DNA of 64,000 nucleotides from Escherichia coli (GTDB lineage Bacteria; Pseudomonadota; Gammaproteobacteria; Enterobacterales; Enterobacteriaceae): NCBI RefSeq assembly GCF_029227855.1, contig NZ_CP074357.1; one strand, 5' to 3'. Shown piece by piece: positions 32,461 to 42,653 of this stretch (position 1 is its first letter; each line of letters starts with the position of its first letter). The notes under the pieces were generated by a model. It saw only the letters and a program-made list of their open reading frames with translations, ran no database searches and was not told where the DNA came from. The position numbers and the translations under genes were made by a program.

Positions 32461-34851
32461 ATGAAAATCAAACTAGCCCTGCTTATTGCATTTGCAGGTT
32501 TCAGCGCAGGAGCTTCCGCTGAAATCGCAGAATTCAGCTTTAAAGATACCCTGAACGTTAAAAAGACCGTATCGCCTGCATCCGTATGGATTAATCCGGT
32601 AACGAGCTTTGACGTTGCCGTTATTTCCGGTCTGGACCGTTATATTACGCTCAGTCTGCTGAAAAGTGACGGGAGCCTCATCTGGAGCACGAAAAGCAGC
32701 CTGGTTACCGTAGATGACCGTACCACATCTTCGACAGGCTTTGATTATTACGGCAAGACTCTGACCGTACCAGCGATGGGAGAAGATAGCTTCACCCTCA
32801 GAGAGGTGATTACCGACTTGCAAGGGAAGGAGGTCTCCCGGCAGGATTACCCGCTTGCAATTGACCGAACGCCTCCGGCAACGGGTACCATAAGTTATAC
32901 GAGAAACGGGTGGAACTTTGGCAGCGAAGCGATCTTCACTTCAGTACCAGCCGGTATGCAGTACGCCAGCGTCCAGGCACTGGTCTTTAATGGACTGAGT
33001 GATAAAGGTTCCGGGCTTGCTAATGCTGAATATTTCATAACCGATGCCGCTGGAGTGGAGCGTAAAAAGCCAGCGGAAATTAATACAGTGGAAGGTAGCG
33101 TAACCGTTCAAGTCGCCGACGCAAGCAGCAATGCCCTGGCACCGGAAAACCGCTCTGAATATAAAGTGGGGATCTACCTTTATGACAAAGCGGGAAACAG
33201 GATCGAACTAAGCCGCCGAAGCGTAATTGATCGGGTTAAGCCTGACGATATCATCCAGGTGCAGGACGCCACTACCGGATCATGGGTCACTTATCAGTCT
33301 GGCATGACCGTCTTCCAGAACCCTATTTCCGTACGGGTATTAAGGAAAAAAAGTGACTTTACTGCTGTTAACGGTTCCAAATATGGCTGGGCGGACTCGA
33401 ATTTCCAGACGTCCGATAGCACTTATAATATTTATACTTTCAAATACATATATCCCAATGTGGGGGATACTTATCATGAATTCCAGACTCTGGCAGGAGG
33501 AGTAAGACGAATTCATCATAACTCCCTCAACTTCACTCCAGCCCCGGCGATGGAAATAGCCCCGAAGATAGTGGCTAAAGAGATGTACCGGAGTGATACC
33601 AGTGAGTGGTTAACTCAGGCCTCAATCAGCGTTAAAACCGCCACCATTAGCCGCATAAAGGTAACCGCTGAACCCCGACCATACGTGCAAAAGTTCAGAA
33701 CGGTAAAAAATGCAGCCTGGTTCTGCACTATACCTATCGGACAAAGTTCATGCGAGATGACGGTTAACTTCAACTACACCAGTGACAAAGGATTTGAGTA
33801 TCTGCACCTTTACTCGGGAAAAGATGGTGACAGCATATTCGATGCGCTTGCTGGTAATTTTACGGTTATCTGGGATAACAACCCACCGGTGGTTAATGTC
33901 GCTCAGGTAAACAAGGCCTCCAAGACAATCACTATGACGGCCACCGATAATGATCGCGTCAACGCCTGGAACATCAGCTACTGGGATACCAAAGTTTTCG
34001 AAGCCACCCTTAAAAATGCCCGGGGGGAACCTTTCACGCTGAAGCCTGTGACCGTCAGTGAAAGCGATTATAAAACCAAAAACGCCACCTTCTCATACGC
34101 TGGTCTACCGGACGGGGATTATACGGTGGTTAGCGTCTCTGCCACGGATCTTGTTGGAAACACCGGAACCAAAACGCTTAATGCACCGCTGAAAATTGAC
34201 TCAACGCTTCCGGTTATCGCGTTCAGTTTTAATGGCGCAGACGCAGAAGGAAAACTGGTTAAAGGGCTTGAGAACCTTCGCATAAGCGTTACTGATGCCT
34301 CTGGGGATGCTTCCCTGACATCGCTTCAGCTCGCTGGTGGACCTAACTCTGAAAAGGTCACCCTGGCATTCACGCCGTTATCCAAGGATGTCTTTATTCC
34401 GGAATACCCCAGAATCTTCCCCAACACTGACGAATCGGGACAGATGTATCATCTGGAGGCACTGGCTATTGACGAATCAGGTAACCGGACCACTAAAACG
34501 CTTAATTTTACCTACCAGCCTGCGAATCTGATTATGCTGGATAATCTCAAGACGCTGGCCACAGCCGTAGCACTGAAAGCAACGGACAACACGCCGCTGG
34601 CCATCATCCGAACCAGTGTGTTGCGGCGTCAGGACGGTTCTATCATTACCGGACAGTTAAACGGAACCCTGACTGTTCAGAAAAATGCCCAGTTCGGCGT
34701 TACGGTTGCCGGAGTTACGGTCCAGCCTGGTGAAACTAAATCGCTGTCACTGGATCTTGGTAATGGTGAAGAGCGCACGTATCCCGTTACTCCCGCTGTA
34801 AGTGGTCAATCTGGCACGGCCACATTTGCTATAGAATTCCCTCAAACATAA
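32461..34851 (+). CDS. Large secreted Ig-like-repeat protein, paralog C
   Basis: About 796 aa from Met at 32461 (RBS CAGGAG); signal peptide ending GASA; AIDRTPP and KIDSTLPVIAF motifs; conserved C-terminus. Confidence 0.7.
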   Translation: MKIKLALLIAFAGFSAGASAEIAEFSFKDTLNVKKTVSPASVWINPVTSFDVAVISGLDRYITLSLLKSDGSLIWSTKSSLVTVDDRTTSSTGFDYYGKTLTVPAMGEDSFTLREVITDLQGKEVSRQDYPLAIDRTPPATGTISYTRNGWNFGSEAIFTSVPAGMQYASVQALVFNGLSDKGSGLANAEYFITDAAGVERKKPAEINTVEGSVTVQVADASSNALAPENRSEYKVGIYLYDKAGNRIELSRRSVIDRVKPDDIIQVQDATTGSWVTYQSGMTVFQNPISVRVLRKKSDFTAVNGSKYGWADSNFQTSDSTYNIYTFKYIYPNVGDTYHEFQTLAGGVRRIHHNSLNFTPAPAMEIAPKIVAKEMYRSDTSEWLTQASISVKTATISRIKVTAEPRPYVQKFRTVKNAAWFCTIPIGQSSCEMTVNFNYTSDKGFEYLHLYSGKDGDSIFDALAGNFTVIWDNNPPVVNVAQVNKASKTITMTATDNDRVNAWNISYWDTKVFEATLKNARGEPFTLKPVTVSESDYKTKNATFSYAGLPDGDYTVVSVSATDLVGNTGTKTLNAPLKIDSTLPVIAFSFNGADAEGKLVKGLENLRISVTDASGDASLTSLQLAGGPNSEKVTLAFTPLSKDVFIPEYPRIFPNTDESGQMYHLEALAIDESGNRTTKTLNFTYQPANLIMLDNLKTLATAVALKATDNTPLAIIRTSVLRRQDGSIITGQLNGTLTVQKNAQFGVTVAGVTVQPGETKSLSLDLGNGEERTYPVTPAVSGQSGTATFAIEFPQT

Positions 34852-35285
34852 GCTCTTCAGAAGGGTGCGGTAGTATGCCGTACCCTGTTACGCCATCCTC
34901 AATGTAATATGTAGAGTTGAGCATGACTTAATTATTACTTTCTCATTAAGTGGCTCTTAAATTGCAAACGGGAAAGTAATATTCCCGAGACGGGAAGGAC
35001 GCCTTCCTTTTGGTTTTAATCTATGATGCTAAACCGTTTAATCACTCCGGAACAATGCCCGCGTTTAAATGGCTGGCACCAGTACATGATTTATCCATGA
35101 ATGCTTTTTGATGCACTTTTACTTCAGAATGCTCTTAATTTTTTAAACAAAATTATATTTGAATCCTTCGTGTATAAATTTGCAGACCCTCTCTCAATGT
35201 TTTTTTAAAATATTTACTCTCAGGTTATTAGCCAGTAGATTCATTCTGTCATGATTACTCCAGAACTAACCGGAGGAATCACATT

Positions 35286-35756
35286 ATGACCAAATATTAT
35301 GATCGCAGTGGAATTGAAATCTCCAGCGCAAAAATCCGCTGTGTTGATTCTGTAAAAGGTACTGCGGAATATACTTTTCGTATTCTTTGCGATAAATGCA
35401 ATGGTCGGGGAGAGCGTAAGCATTTTTATAGAAGTCGCTGTATGGCTTGTAAAGCCACGGGTTACAGCCTCGAAACGACCCGCACTGCTTACACGCTGAA
35501 TGCGCTGTACCGCATTAATGCTCAAGCTGCCCGCAAAGTGTCAGCATCCTTGCAAAACGAGCGTTTGAGGACTGAAAACGCCCACAACTCTGCGTTCAAT
35601 GCATGGTGCAGATCTCATCAAAAAATGGTTGATGCAATCACCCAGCAATCCAGCAGTAATAATTTTCTGGAAAGCCTTAAGTCTTCTTTAACCCACCAGC
35701 GTCAGTTAAGTGATAAGCAGCTGGCAGTCGCCGCCCGCATTTTAGGGATTCATTAA
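35286..35756 (+). CDS. Hypothetical zinc-finger protein (CxxCxGxG...CxxC)
   Basis: 156 aa; CDKCNGRGERK...CMACKATG; first gene of a three-gene operon. Confidence 0.5.
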   Translation: MTKYYDRSGIEISSAKIRCVDSVKGTAEYTFRILCDKCNGRGERKHFYRSRCMACKATGYSLETTRTAYTLNALYRINAQAARKVSASLQNERLRTENAHNSAFNAWCRSHQKMVDAITQQSSSNNFLESLKSSLTHQRQLSDKQLAVAARILGIH

Positions 35757-35805
35757 TTCAAAGCCCTTTTAATTTAATTTTAAGGTCAATTATTACGGAG
35801 GAACT

Positions 35806-36102
35806 ATGATCCATTCATTTAAAGACAGACGGCTTGAAAAGTTCTTCCGTAATGGAAAAACAACGGCAGGTATTCCTTCTGAAATTATTAACGCGATTCT
35901 GTGTCGACTCGAAACGCTGGATAATGTCCAGAGTGAGCGGGAGTTATTATCCAACAGCTTGCGTTATGAACGCTTAAGAATGACGTCAAACCGTTATTCC
36001 TCCATTCGAGTAAACTCTAAGTATCGATTATTCTTTGAATGGAATGATGGCGCACATAATGTCCATTTGTCAGCACATGACTATAAATCGCTCATCCATT
36101 AA
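35806..36102 (+). CDS. HigB-type toxin (plasmid maintenance system killer family)
   Basis: 98 aa; colinear with recalled Proteus HigB: MI.SFK...L..FF..G.T.G.P, C-terminal ...DGAHNVHLSAHDYKSLIH (DY..H block). Confidence 0.7.
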   Translation: MIHSFKDRRLEKFFRNGKTTAGIPSEIINAILCRLETLDNVQSERELLSNSLRYERLRMTSNRYSSIRVNSKYRLFFEWNDGAHNVHLSAHDYKSLIH

Positions 36103-36110
36103 GGTTAAAA

Positions 36111-37292
36111 ATGAAGCTATTTTCAATTTCATCCCGGGATACAAGCATGGACGCGATGTTTTATATCCAGGCCAGTACTAAACAACAGGCAAGTTACATA
36201 TTTAGTACCCTTTCCCCGAAGCCTACTGCGAACTGCCAGCTTACAGATTTGCAGAATGAGACGGTCGTCCCTTCCATAAGCCCTATTTCGCTTTCACTTA
36301 ACCCCTGGTCGATCAATTCCCAGTCCCGAACCCGGGAATTGAGTATGGCCACGCATGGTCTTAACCTGATCTGTGCAGTCACGGATGAGCATACCCGTCA
36401 GATAGTAGACTTTTGCGATAACCTTGGACAGCAGCTTAAGGATCCGGACGACAAAAGCGCCTGGGTTAAGCTCATTAATTCTGAATGCGCATTGCTTAAT
36501 TCTCCGCGTTTATATCCCGTTCTGCTGGAGCCGGAGACACCGGCACAATTTGAAATCTTTGTGCCAGCTCCGGAAGATGGCGATCACGACACGGTTATAG
36601 CCAGCGTTGTTGAAGAATGTTTCGGAGATGAATGCCGGTACAGAGCAACGGACAAAGCTTTTGCAATGTCGGAAAAGCCAATCATCAGGCTGGAAGCACA
36701 TTTCAATGACAAACGGGAAAAGGTTTTAGAACTGACCTTTTCCAGTTTCAACCTTTCACTTTCTGCGTCCGTGTATGAACACCAGCTACGTCAGATTTTA
36801 TTACTTTGCGAAGATTTTGGCGTAAGGCTTCAGGGTAGAGCCGGGGCATCCTGCCACATCAATATGCGCAGCGCTTACCGTCGTCTTGCACATGTCGGCA
36901 CCGGCTCTCGCCCAGGTGATGGGAGTGATGTGCGGGGCTATACCTCATCTAAAGAGCAAAAAGATGTTAAGGGGCTGCTCGATAAGTCAACCAGGGGAAG
37001 TGAGCTTGTACCGGCGAGGCACGGGCAGCAGTTTAACGGTGTCTTAGTGAATGCCACACCCGCACCGGCCACGACGGGTTTTATATACCTGTCGCATGAT
37101 TTTCCGGAAGGCCAGTTTATGATGACAGCCGAGGTGTTGCATGTTGGAATAACACCGGGCGGGATCTACTACATTGAAACACTGGACGGATACCGGTTTA
37201 TCGTTACAGCGTTTGAAAAGGGATTAATGAACGGTTTAAGGGAGTTTTTGGCTGTAAATGAGGACTACTTTAAGTATTACCGCTGGTCTTAG
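36111..37292 (+). CDS. Hypothetical protein occupying the position where HigA antitoxin is expected
   Basis: 393 aa; 9-bp gap after the higB-like gene; no HTH recognised. Confidence 0.5.
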   Translation: MKLFSISSRDTSMDAMFYIQASTKQQASYIFSTLSPKPTANCQLTDLQNETVVPSISPISLSLNPWSINSQSRTRELSMATHGLNLICAVTDEHTRQIVDFCDNLGQQLKDPDDKSAWVKLINSECALLNSPRLYPVLLEPETPAQFEIFVPAPEDGDHDTVIASVVEECFGDECRYRATDKAFAMSEKPIIRLEAHFNDKREKVLELTFSSFNLSLSASVYEHQLRQILLLCEDFGVRLQGRAGASCHINMRSAYRRLAHVGTGSRPGDGSDVRGYTSSKEQKDVKGLLDKSTRGSELVPARHGQQFNGVLVNATPAPATTGFIYLSHDFPEGQFMMTAEVLHVGITPGGIYYIETLDGYRFIVTAFEKGLMNGLREFLAVNEDYFKYYRWS

Positions 37293-37517
37293 CGTCTGAC
37301 CTGAAACCGGTAGGCCAGGGAAGGCAACCGGGAAAATGCAATTTAACCTGATCCTCTCCCTACCACTACCTTTACCCACGTATAATAGCCCGACCAAATT
37401 ATAATGCCCGATCACCGCATTGGCTGAAACCACACATATTCTTCTTAGGCCTCGCCTGATGAACTTCGACCACAAGACAAAGGAACGTAACTAATAAATA
37501 AAATTTATGAGCTGCAC

Positions 37518-37530
37518 AAAAGTTACTTTT
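37518..37530. repeat. Copy of dispersed 13-bp palindrome AAAAGTTACTTTT
   Basis: 182 bp upstream of gene 37700. Confidence 0.6.
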
Positions 37531-37699
37531 CCATAATGGCGCTTCACTTACATTGTGGTTTCATAATCATTGTTGGTATTTAAAAAGGATGTGTTCAATC
37601 TTAAATAAAAGGCGGTGTTTTTTTTCTGAAAATTTGCTGGGAGGTTATTAGCTGGGGGTTGGGTAACAGTATAATAAGTACAGATGAAAAGGAGGTTTT

Positions 37700-38077
37700 A
37701 TGAAAACGTTAGACGTGATTTCAACTCAACTCAACTTTAATAATCTGCTGAATCAGGCAGGATATAATCTTTCAGAAATTGTTGTTAAACGCTACAGCGC
37801 TGCACCCGCCTTTAACGAAGGGCACTGGTTGTTCATTGCAGAGCAGGATAATCGCTACATTGAAGTGGTCAGTCTTCTTTCAAAGGCATCAGAAAGCGGA
37901 GAGCAGCATGTCGATATCTTTATCAATATGTTCGAAGATCCGATTGATGACATTATCTCCCGAAACATTGAACCCAAAACATTTGCGACACTTTATAAAT
38001 ACATTGAACGTATACCTTTTACACCGGACGTAAAAAAAGAATTCTTGAGCAGTATTGAGACTATTAATTTTAGTTAA
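37700..38077 (+). CDS. Hypothetical protein
   Basis: 125 aa; RBS AAAGGAGG. Confidence 0.5.
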   Translation: MKTLDVISTQLNFNNLLNQAGYNLSEIVVKRYSAAPAFNEGHWLFIAEQDNRYIEVVSLLSKASESGEQHVDIFINMFEDPIDDIISRNIEPKTFATLYKYIERIPFTPDVKKEFLSSIETINFS

Positions 38078-38171
38078 CTAAAAATTACAGATTTTCTTTC
38101 ACCAAGTTATTAGGTAATGATATCGACCTGGTATCATTACCGTATCATGAATATGGACGGGGACGGGTAAA

Positions 38172-38600
38172 ATGCCTAATAATACTGAAGTCATTAGCTG
38201 CGACTTATTTTCAATTCTTTCCTCACTTAATTTTAGTGTTGAGGATATTACAGGGCTAACTCCGGCCAAATTCAGAAAGGGGGCTTTCTTGCATGCAAAA
38301 ATATCTGCAAGCCAGGCCACGCGAGCAGCTGATATTTCCCTTCAATTACTCACGGATCGTGTTTCAGGTGAAATGAACTACGTAATAGTAATTGGCAGGC
38401 ACGAAGGGCTCCTGCAAAGCGAAGCAATTGACCCAAACGCTGATAAGCAGTACCGGGAAAACCGTCATTCTCGCCATTTTATCCCAGTAACCGATGCCAA
38501 TACCAAAGCCCTGAAAAAAACCTGCAAGGTAATGAAAACATATATCAAAGAGCAGGCATTTAAGCCTAACACCTGGGGGCACAATTTCATTAAGGGTTGA
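38172..38600 (+). CDS. Hypothetical protein
   Basis: 142 aa. Confidence 0.45.
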   Translation: MPNNTEVISCDLFSILSSLNFSVEDITGLTPAKFRKGAFLHAKISASQATRAADISLQLLTDRVSGEMNYVIVIGRHEGLLQSEAIDPNADKQYRENRHSRHFIPVTDANTKALKKTCKVMKTYIKEQAFKPNTWGHNFIKG

Positions 38601-38664
38601 TTTATTCTTGCCCCGGTGAACCGGGGCAACGCTAAATTAACCTCAACCTGAGCTGGAGGCACAA

Positions 38665-38922
38665 ATGTCTGAAAAACACTTTATCGTAAAGATCCAGAAC
38701 CGTAACGGCGACCATGAGAAAAGCTATGTTCGTATACTCGTCAGCGATTGTGAGAAAAATGCTTGCCAGACGGCACTGATTTCCGAGTGTGCTGGCGAGG
38801 TTGAACAGCTGAGTTTTGAAGACGGTGGGGTTTATGACTACAACGGCGAAAATCACTACAGTGTCAGGAGCTGCGTGGAGGTTGCCCCTGAAGATGTTGC
38901 AACTTTGCAACGCTACCTTTAA
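38665..38922 (+). CDS. Hypothetical protein
   Basis: 85 aa; RBS GGAGG. Confidence 0.5.
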   Translation: MSEKHFIVKIQNRNGDHEKSYVRILVSDCEKNACQTALISECAGEVEQLSFEDGGVYDYNGENHYSVRSCVEVAPEDVATLQRYL

Positions 38923-39065
38923 CACCTGCGGCATTAAAAAAAATATCGGGTGTCTGTTACAGGATGCCGCTGTTTTAAACGATGCCTCAAAGATCGCTAT
39001 CGCTCCTGATGCCTTCATTAAGAGCGGGTTTGTGGTAGGTTCAGCGTAACAAAACTACTGGAATT

Positions 39066-39686
39066 TTGGTTGCCTCGATGAAGAGCTGCTTTTCTGATTT
39101 ACCCGTTAAAGACGGCAAGTCCGGAACTTGGAAACTGGACACTTTCGAAATTACCACAGATAAGGCGCTGACCCTCGCCCTTCGTGCCGAGTGTACTGGT
39201 AATACAGATGAGTTTATCCCGCCCGGTAGATATCGCCGCTTGTCCAACGGCTGGGATGTGGTGATGTCCAATACCCCGATGGAGATCCGAACCTGCCAGG
39301 ATTTTATAGAGCGAGCCACCGGGCGGGTGCTCATTAATGGTCTTGGTCTTGGTATGGTGCTCCACGCCATTCTTCAGAAAGACGATGTAACCCATGTCAC
39401 GGTAATCGAAAAAGAACAGGATGTTATTAACCTCGTTGCAGCCTCGTTTGCAACCGATCTTCGCGTTGAAATTATTAATGCTGATGCAATGGAGTATTGT
39501 CCACCAGCTGGCGTTACGTACAACGCTTGCTGGCATGACATATGGACAGACTTCGCAACAGCTAATCTCGCACAGATGGATAAGCTGGAAAGTAAGTACC
39601 GGGACATCTGTGACTGGCAGGGATCGTGGGGCAGGGAGGAGTGTGAGCAAAAGCTCATTGAGTTCCAGAATCTTGAGGCTGATTAA
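39066..39686 (+). CDS. Putative SAM-dependent methyltransferase-fold protein
   Basis: 206 aa; glycine-rich loop VLINGLGLGMV, acidic residue after beta-2 (VIEKE), IINADAMEY; no (D/N)PP(Y/F) motif. Confidence 0.45.
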   Translation: MVASMKSCFSDLPVKDGKSGTWKLDTFEITTDKALTLALRAECTGNTDEFIPPGRYRRLSNGWDVVMSNTPMEIRTCQDFIERATGRVLINGLGLGMVLHAILQKDDVTHVTVIEKEQDVINLVAASFATDLRVEIINADAMEYCPPAGVTYNACWHDIWTDFATANLAQMDKLESKYRDICDWQGSWGREECEQKLIEFQNLEAD

Positions 39687-39854
39687 TCCAACTTGCGAAG
39701 GTGTCTCCGCTAAAGGAGCCCGGCTCGCTCTGTGCAAGCCCAGCTGTGCTGCATGATTTGGCAAAGTCTTCAACAAACCAGATCGGTCTGATTTAGTAAT
39801 CTCACTTCCAACCATCAGGCCGATATAATAACTGTATCCCCATTAGGATGGCTG

Positions 39855-41105
39855 ATGAGTACGATTAATACGGACTTAATTGCGCATATCTACGCTGCCT
39901 CCGAATCGCCGTTGACCAACGACGAGCTTTATCGCGAAGTGCAGCGTAAAACTGGCATGTCGGATGCCGAATTGCACGAACTGAAAGAATTTGGGTCAGA
40001 TAAAACCAGAACCAGCGGCGTCAAACATAAGGTTCGCTGGTTTCAGCAGACTCTCCGTCAGGCCGGGGTCATCGAACGCGTTCCAGAAAAACGGGGCGTC
40101 TGGAGATACGCCTCTAAGACGAAAACAAACCTGCATGAGTCATGGGAAAAGCTCTGTGTTGTCGGTTTCTCAACTTCTCTTGGGGCATCGGTTTTTGGAA
40201 ACGCCTATGCCTTCTTCAGCAATATCACCGAGCAAATTCATCTTTGCCTGACCTCGCCACCTTACCTCCTTCGAAATTCAAGAGACTACGGGCACGGAGG
40301 GGGGCGTGGCGAGCAGGCTTATATTGACTGGCTTCTGCGTATCCTCGAACCGATCGTGAAACAGCTTGTACCGGGCGCAAGTGTGGCATTGAATATCACT
40401 CAAGATAGCTTTAATAGGGGTAGGCCTTCACGTTCTCTGTATCTGGAGCGTCTGACACTGGCATTATGTGACAAGCTGGGGCTTGAGCTCATGGACAGGC
40501 TTCAGTGGGTGAATCGCAGTAAGCCCCCATCGCCAACGCACTGGGCATGTAAGCAACGGGTGCAGCTCTGCTCATCGTATGAGCCTGTGCTGTGGTTTAC
40601 CAATGATGCGAGTAAGGTTCGTTCAAACAACTTACGTGTACTACAACCGCATTCAGACCAGCATCTAAAATTGCAGGCAGCAGGCGGTGAAAATCGCACG
40701 ACCTTTTATGGTGATGGGGCGTACCAGCTTAAAAGCGGTTCCTTTGGAAATAAAACAGAAGGAACGATCCCCAAGAATACTTTGTTTTACGGCAATAGCT
40801 GCGCTGATACGAGATTTTGCCATTCCATTGCCCGCGAGCTCGGTTTTCCGCTGCACGGTGCAACGTCTCCTACCAGGCTTGCAGCGTTTCTGATTGAGTT
40901 TTTGACAGAGCCGGGAGATCTTGTTGTAGATCCCTTCGCTGGCTTGCATAAAGTCCCCATCGCAGCCGAGCGACTTGGCAGACGTTGGCTGGCGACGGAC
41001 AAAATCATGGAGTGGCTGGCGATTTCCCGAAACCTTTTTACGGCCGCACCGGGATATAAGAGTAACCCCATGCTGGATGAGCTCGCCGAACTGTATCGGA
41101 CTTAA
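39855..41105 (+). CDS. Beta-class DNA methyltransferase (N6A/N4C type) with N-terminal winged-helix-like domain
   Basis: 416 aa; motif IV LTSPPY precedes C-terminal motif I VVDPFAGL (beta-class order). Confidence 0.75.
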   Translation: MSTINTDLIAHIYAASESPLTNDELYREVQRKTGMSDAELHELKEFGSDKTRTSGVKHKVRWFQQTLRQAGVIERVPEKRGVWRYASKTKTNLHESWEKLCVVGFSTSLGASVFGNAYAFFSNITEQIHLCLTSPPYLLRNSRDYGHGGGRGEQAYIDWLLRILEPIVKQLVPGASVALNITQDSFNRGRPSRSLYLERLTLALCDKLGLELMDRLQWVNRSKPPSPTHWACKQRVQLCSSYEPVLWFTNDASKVRSNNLRVLQPHSDQHLKLQAAGGENRTTFYGDGAYQLKSGSFGNKTEGTIPKNTLFYGNSCADTRFCHSIARELGFPLHGATSPTRLAAFLIEFLTEPGDLVVDPFAGLHKVPIAAERLGRRWLATDKIMEWLAISRNLFTAAPGYKSNPMLDELAELYRT

Positions 41106-41385
41106 TGCAAGTTAACGGTTTTGATAAAGTGGTTTGAAGCGACAAACGGTTTATTCATTTAGCAGTGGTTCCACCAGAGAATGGCAATATTAACGGCTTA
41201 GCATATACCGCTGAGATAATCAGGTAGTCATTCATTTCCGGTTGTCTGTATTAACGAGTGTATTCATTATTCACTTGTTTCTACGATATAGACCCAACAA
41301 AAACAAATTGATGGTTGTGATACAGATGTTGTTGGATTAACTAATTTGGTAATTTAGACGGTTTCTAAATTAAAGGTGGACAGAT

Positions 41386-41706
41386 ATGAAGTCAGATTCA
41401 GAAATGGCTTCTCCTATCGAGTTGCACATTGGCGATCATGTCCAGCGGCATGGTGCTTTATCTGAGGTCATGCATATTGTTGAATCCAAATGCGATATTC
41501 CCGGCGGCATCCGGGTAGCAGCATGCATTTGACGGGTTATCGGTAACGTTCCGGGCAATATTCCTCGTGGTTGGCTGGAAACACCGAAGCGTATGGCTGA
41601 GCGAGGCGTTAAGTGGGCGACGAGTCTGCCCGGAGGGCTTTACTTTAACATGCAGGGGAACGCACATGCGAAAGTAAGCCGGGTTATTCGTAATGTGACT
41701 AACTGA
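41386..41706 (+). pseudogene. 106-codon ORF interrupted by an in-frame TGA (41530-41532); possible nonsense pseudogene or recoding
   Basis: Both halves protein-like and in the same frame; RBS AAAGGTGG before ATG 41386; the antisense ORF 41458-41763 looks non-coding. Confidence 0.4.
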
Positions 41707-41729
41707 AACTTTTTTCTGAATTGCGGTGT

Positions 41730-41742
41730 AAAAGTTACTTTT
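41730..41742. repeat. Copy of dispersed 13-bp palindrome, embedded in extended palindrome GCGGTG...CACCGC (41723-41748)
   Basis: 218 bp upstream of gene 41948. Confidence 0.6.
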
Positions 41743-41947
41743 CACCGCGTCGTTTTCCATCACTACTAATTCAGAGTTTTTCTGAAATAAGCAGAGTTAA
41801 AGCTAACGATTTATTCAGGCCATTTTATTCTAATCATTATCCTACACTTCAAAAATATGCAATATTTTTTCTTCTGACCTATTAGCCAGAATTCTCGATT
41901 CGGTATCATTTACTTACGGTAATTCTTTTAAAAACGAGGTAAATGGC

Positions 41948-42274
41948 ATGCATTCTCAGGATCCTATCACGAAATTAACCCAGACGTTGCAACGCGACGA
42001 TGGTTCTCAGGTTCGTATTGTAGCGCAGCGGGGATATGGAAGCGGGCTTACAGCCTCGCTTGATGTGTACGTTCTCCGTCGTGATTCCTCTGAAAGCAAC
42101 TGGTCACTGTGCGGAAAAGATCCTCACCCCGAGTGGAGAAAGATGTCAGTAGATGAGTATCAGAAATTTGGACGCTCAGAAATGCTGCGCTATGCCACAC
42201 CAGGTGAAATTCTCAGGGTGGCATCCGCTATTGGCCAGCCAATGAGCTTCCTCGATGGCAACCCTGCGTTTTAG
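41948..42274 (+). CDS. Hypothetical protein
   Basis: 108 aa. Confidence 0.5.
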   Translation: MHSQDPITKLTQTLQRDDGSQVRIVAQRGYGSGLTASLDVYVLRRDSSESNWSLCGKDPHPEWRKMSVDEYQKFGRSEMLRYATPGEILRVASAIGQPMSFLDGNPAF

Positions 42275-42339
42275 CCTGAACCCTGGCGACGCCTTTTAAA
42301 CCGGCGTCATTCTTTTTACGAGCAACAGACGGAGAAAAA

Positions 42340-42597
42340 ATGAATCTGAACGAACGAAGCACGAGCGCAGCGACGCCAGATTTGAGCCGACTTTATCTCA
42401 TTTCCGGGCGCATTATGTTTGATGATGATGATCAGGCCTACCCGGTCGAAGCCGATTCCCCTGGTGATGCAGAGGAGGCTTTTCGGCATCATATTGCCGA
42501 CAGTGCCGACGACTTAGAAAAGGTGATTATAGTTTCCTCTACAAGTTTCGCTTCAGCTCACAGCAGTCGCGTAATTTGTCGGCCTGCCGTGAAGTAA
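42340..42597 (+). CDS. Hypothetical acidic protein
   Basis: 85 aa. Confidence 0.45.
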   Translation: MNLNERSTSAATPDLSRLYLISGRIMFDDDDQAYPVEADSPGDAEEAFRHHIADSADDLEKVIIVSSTSFASAHSSRVICRPAVK

Positions 42598-42632
42598 TTT
42601 CAGCTTCCAATGATATTTCCCTCTTTATAAAA

Positions 42633-42653
42633 GCCGCCGTCTGGCGGTTTTTA
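42633..42653 (+). terminator. Rho-independent terminator
   Basis: GCCGCC-GTCT-GGCGG followed by TTTTTATTT. Confidence 0.65.

Noticed and set aside
39099-39815. 238-aa minus-strand ORF
   Set aside because: It is antisense to 39066-39686, which carries methyltransferase-fold motifs; the minus-strand translation has no recognisable features.
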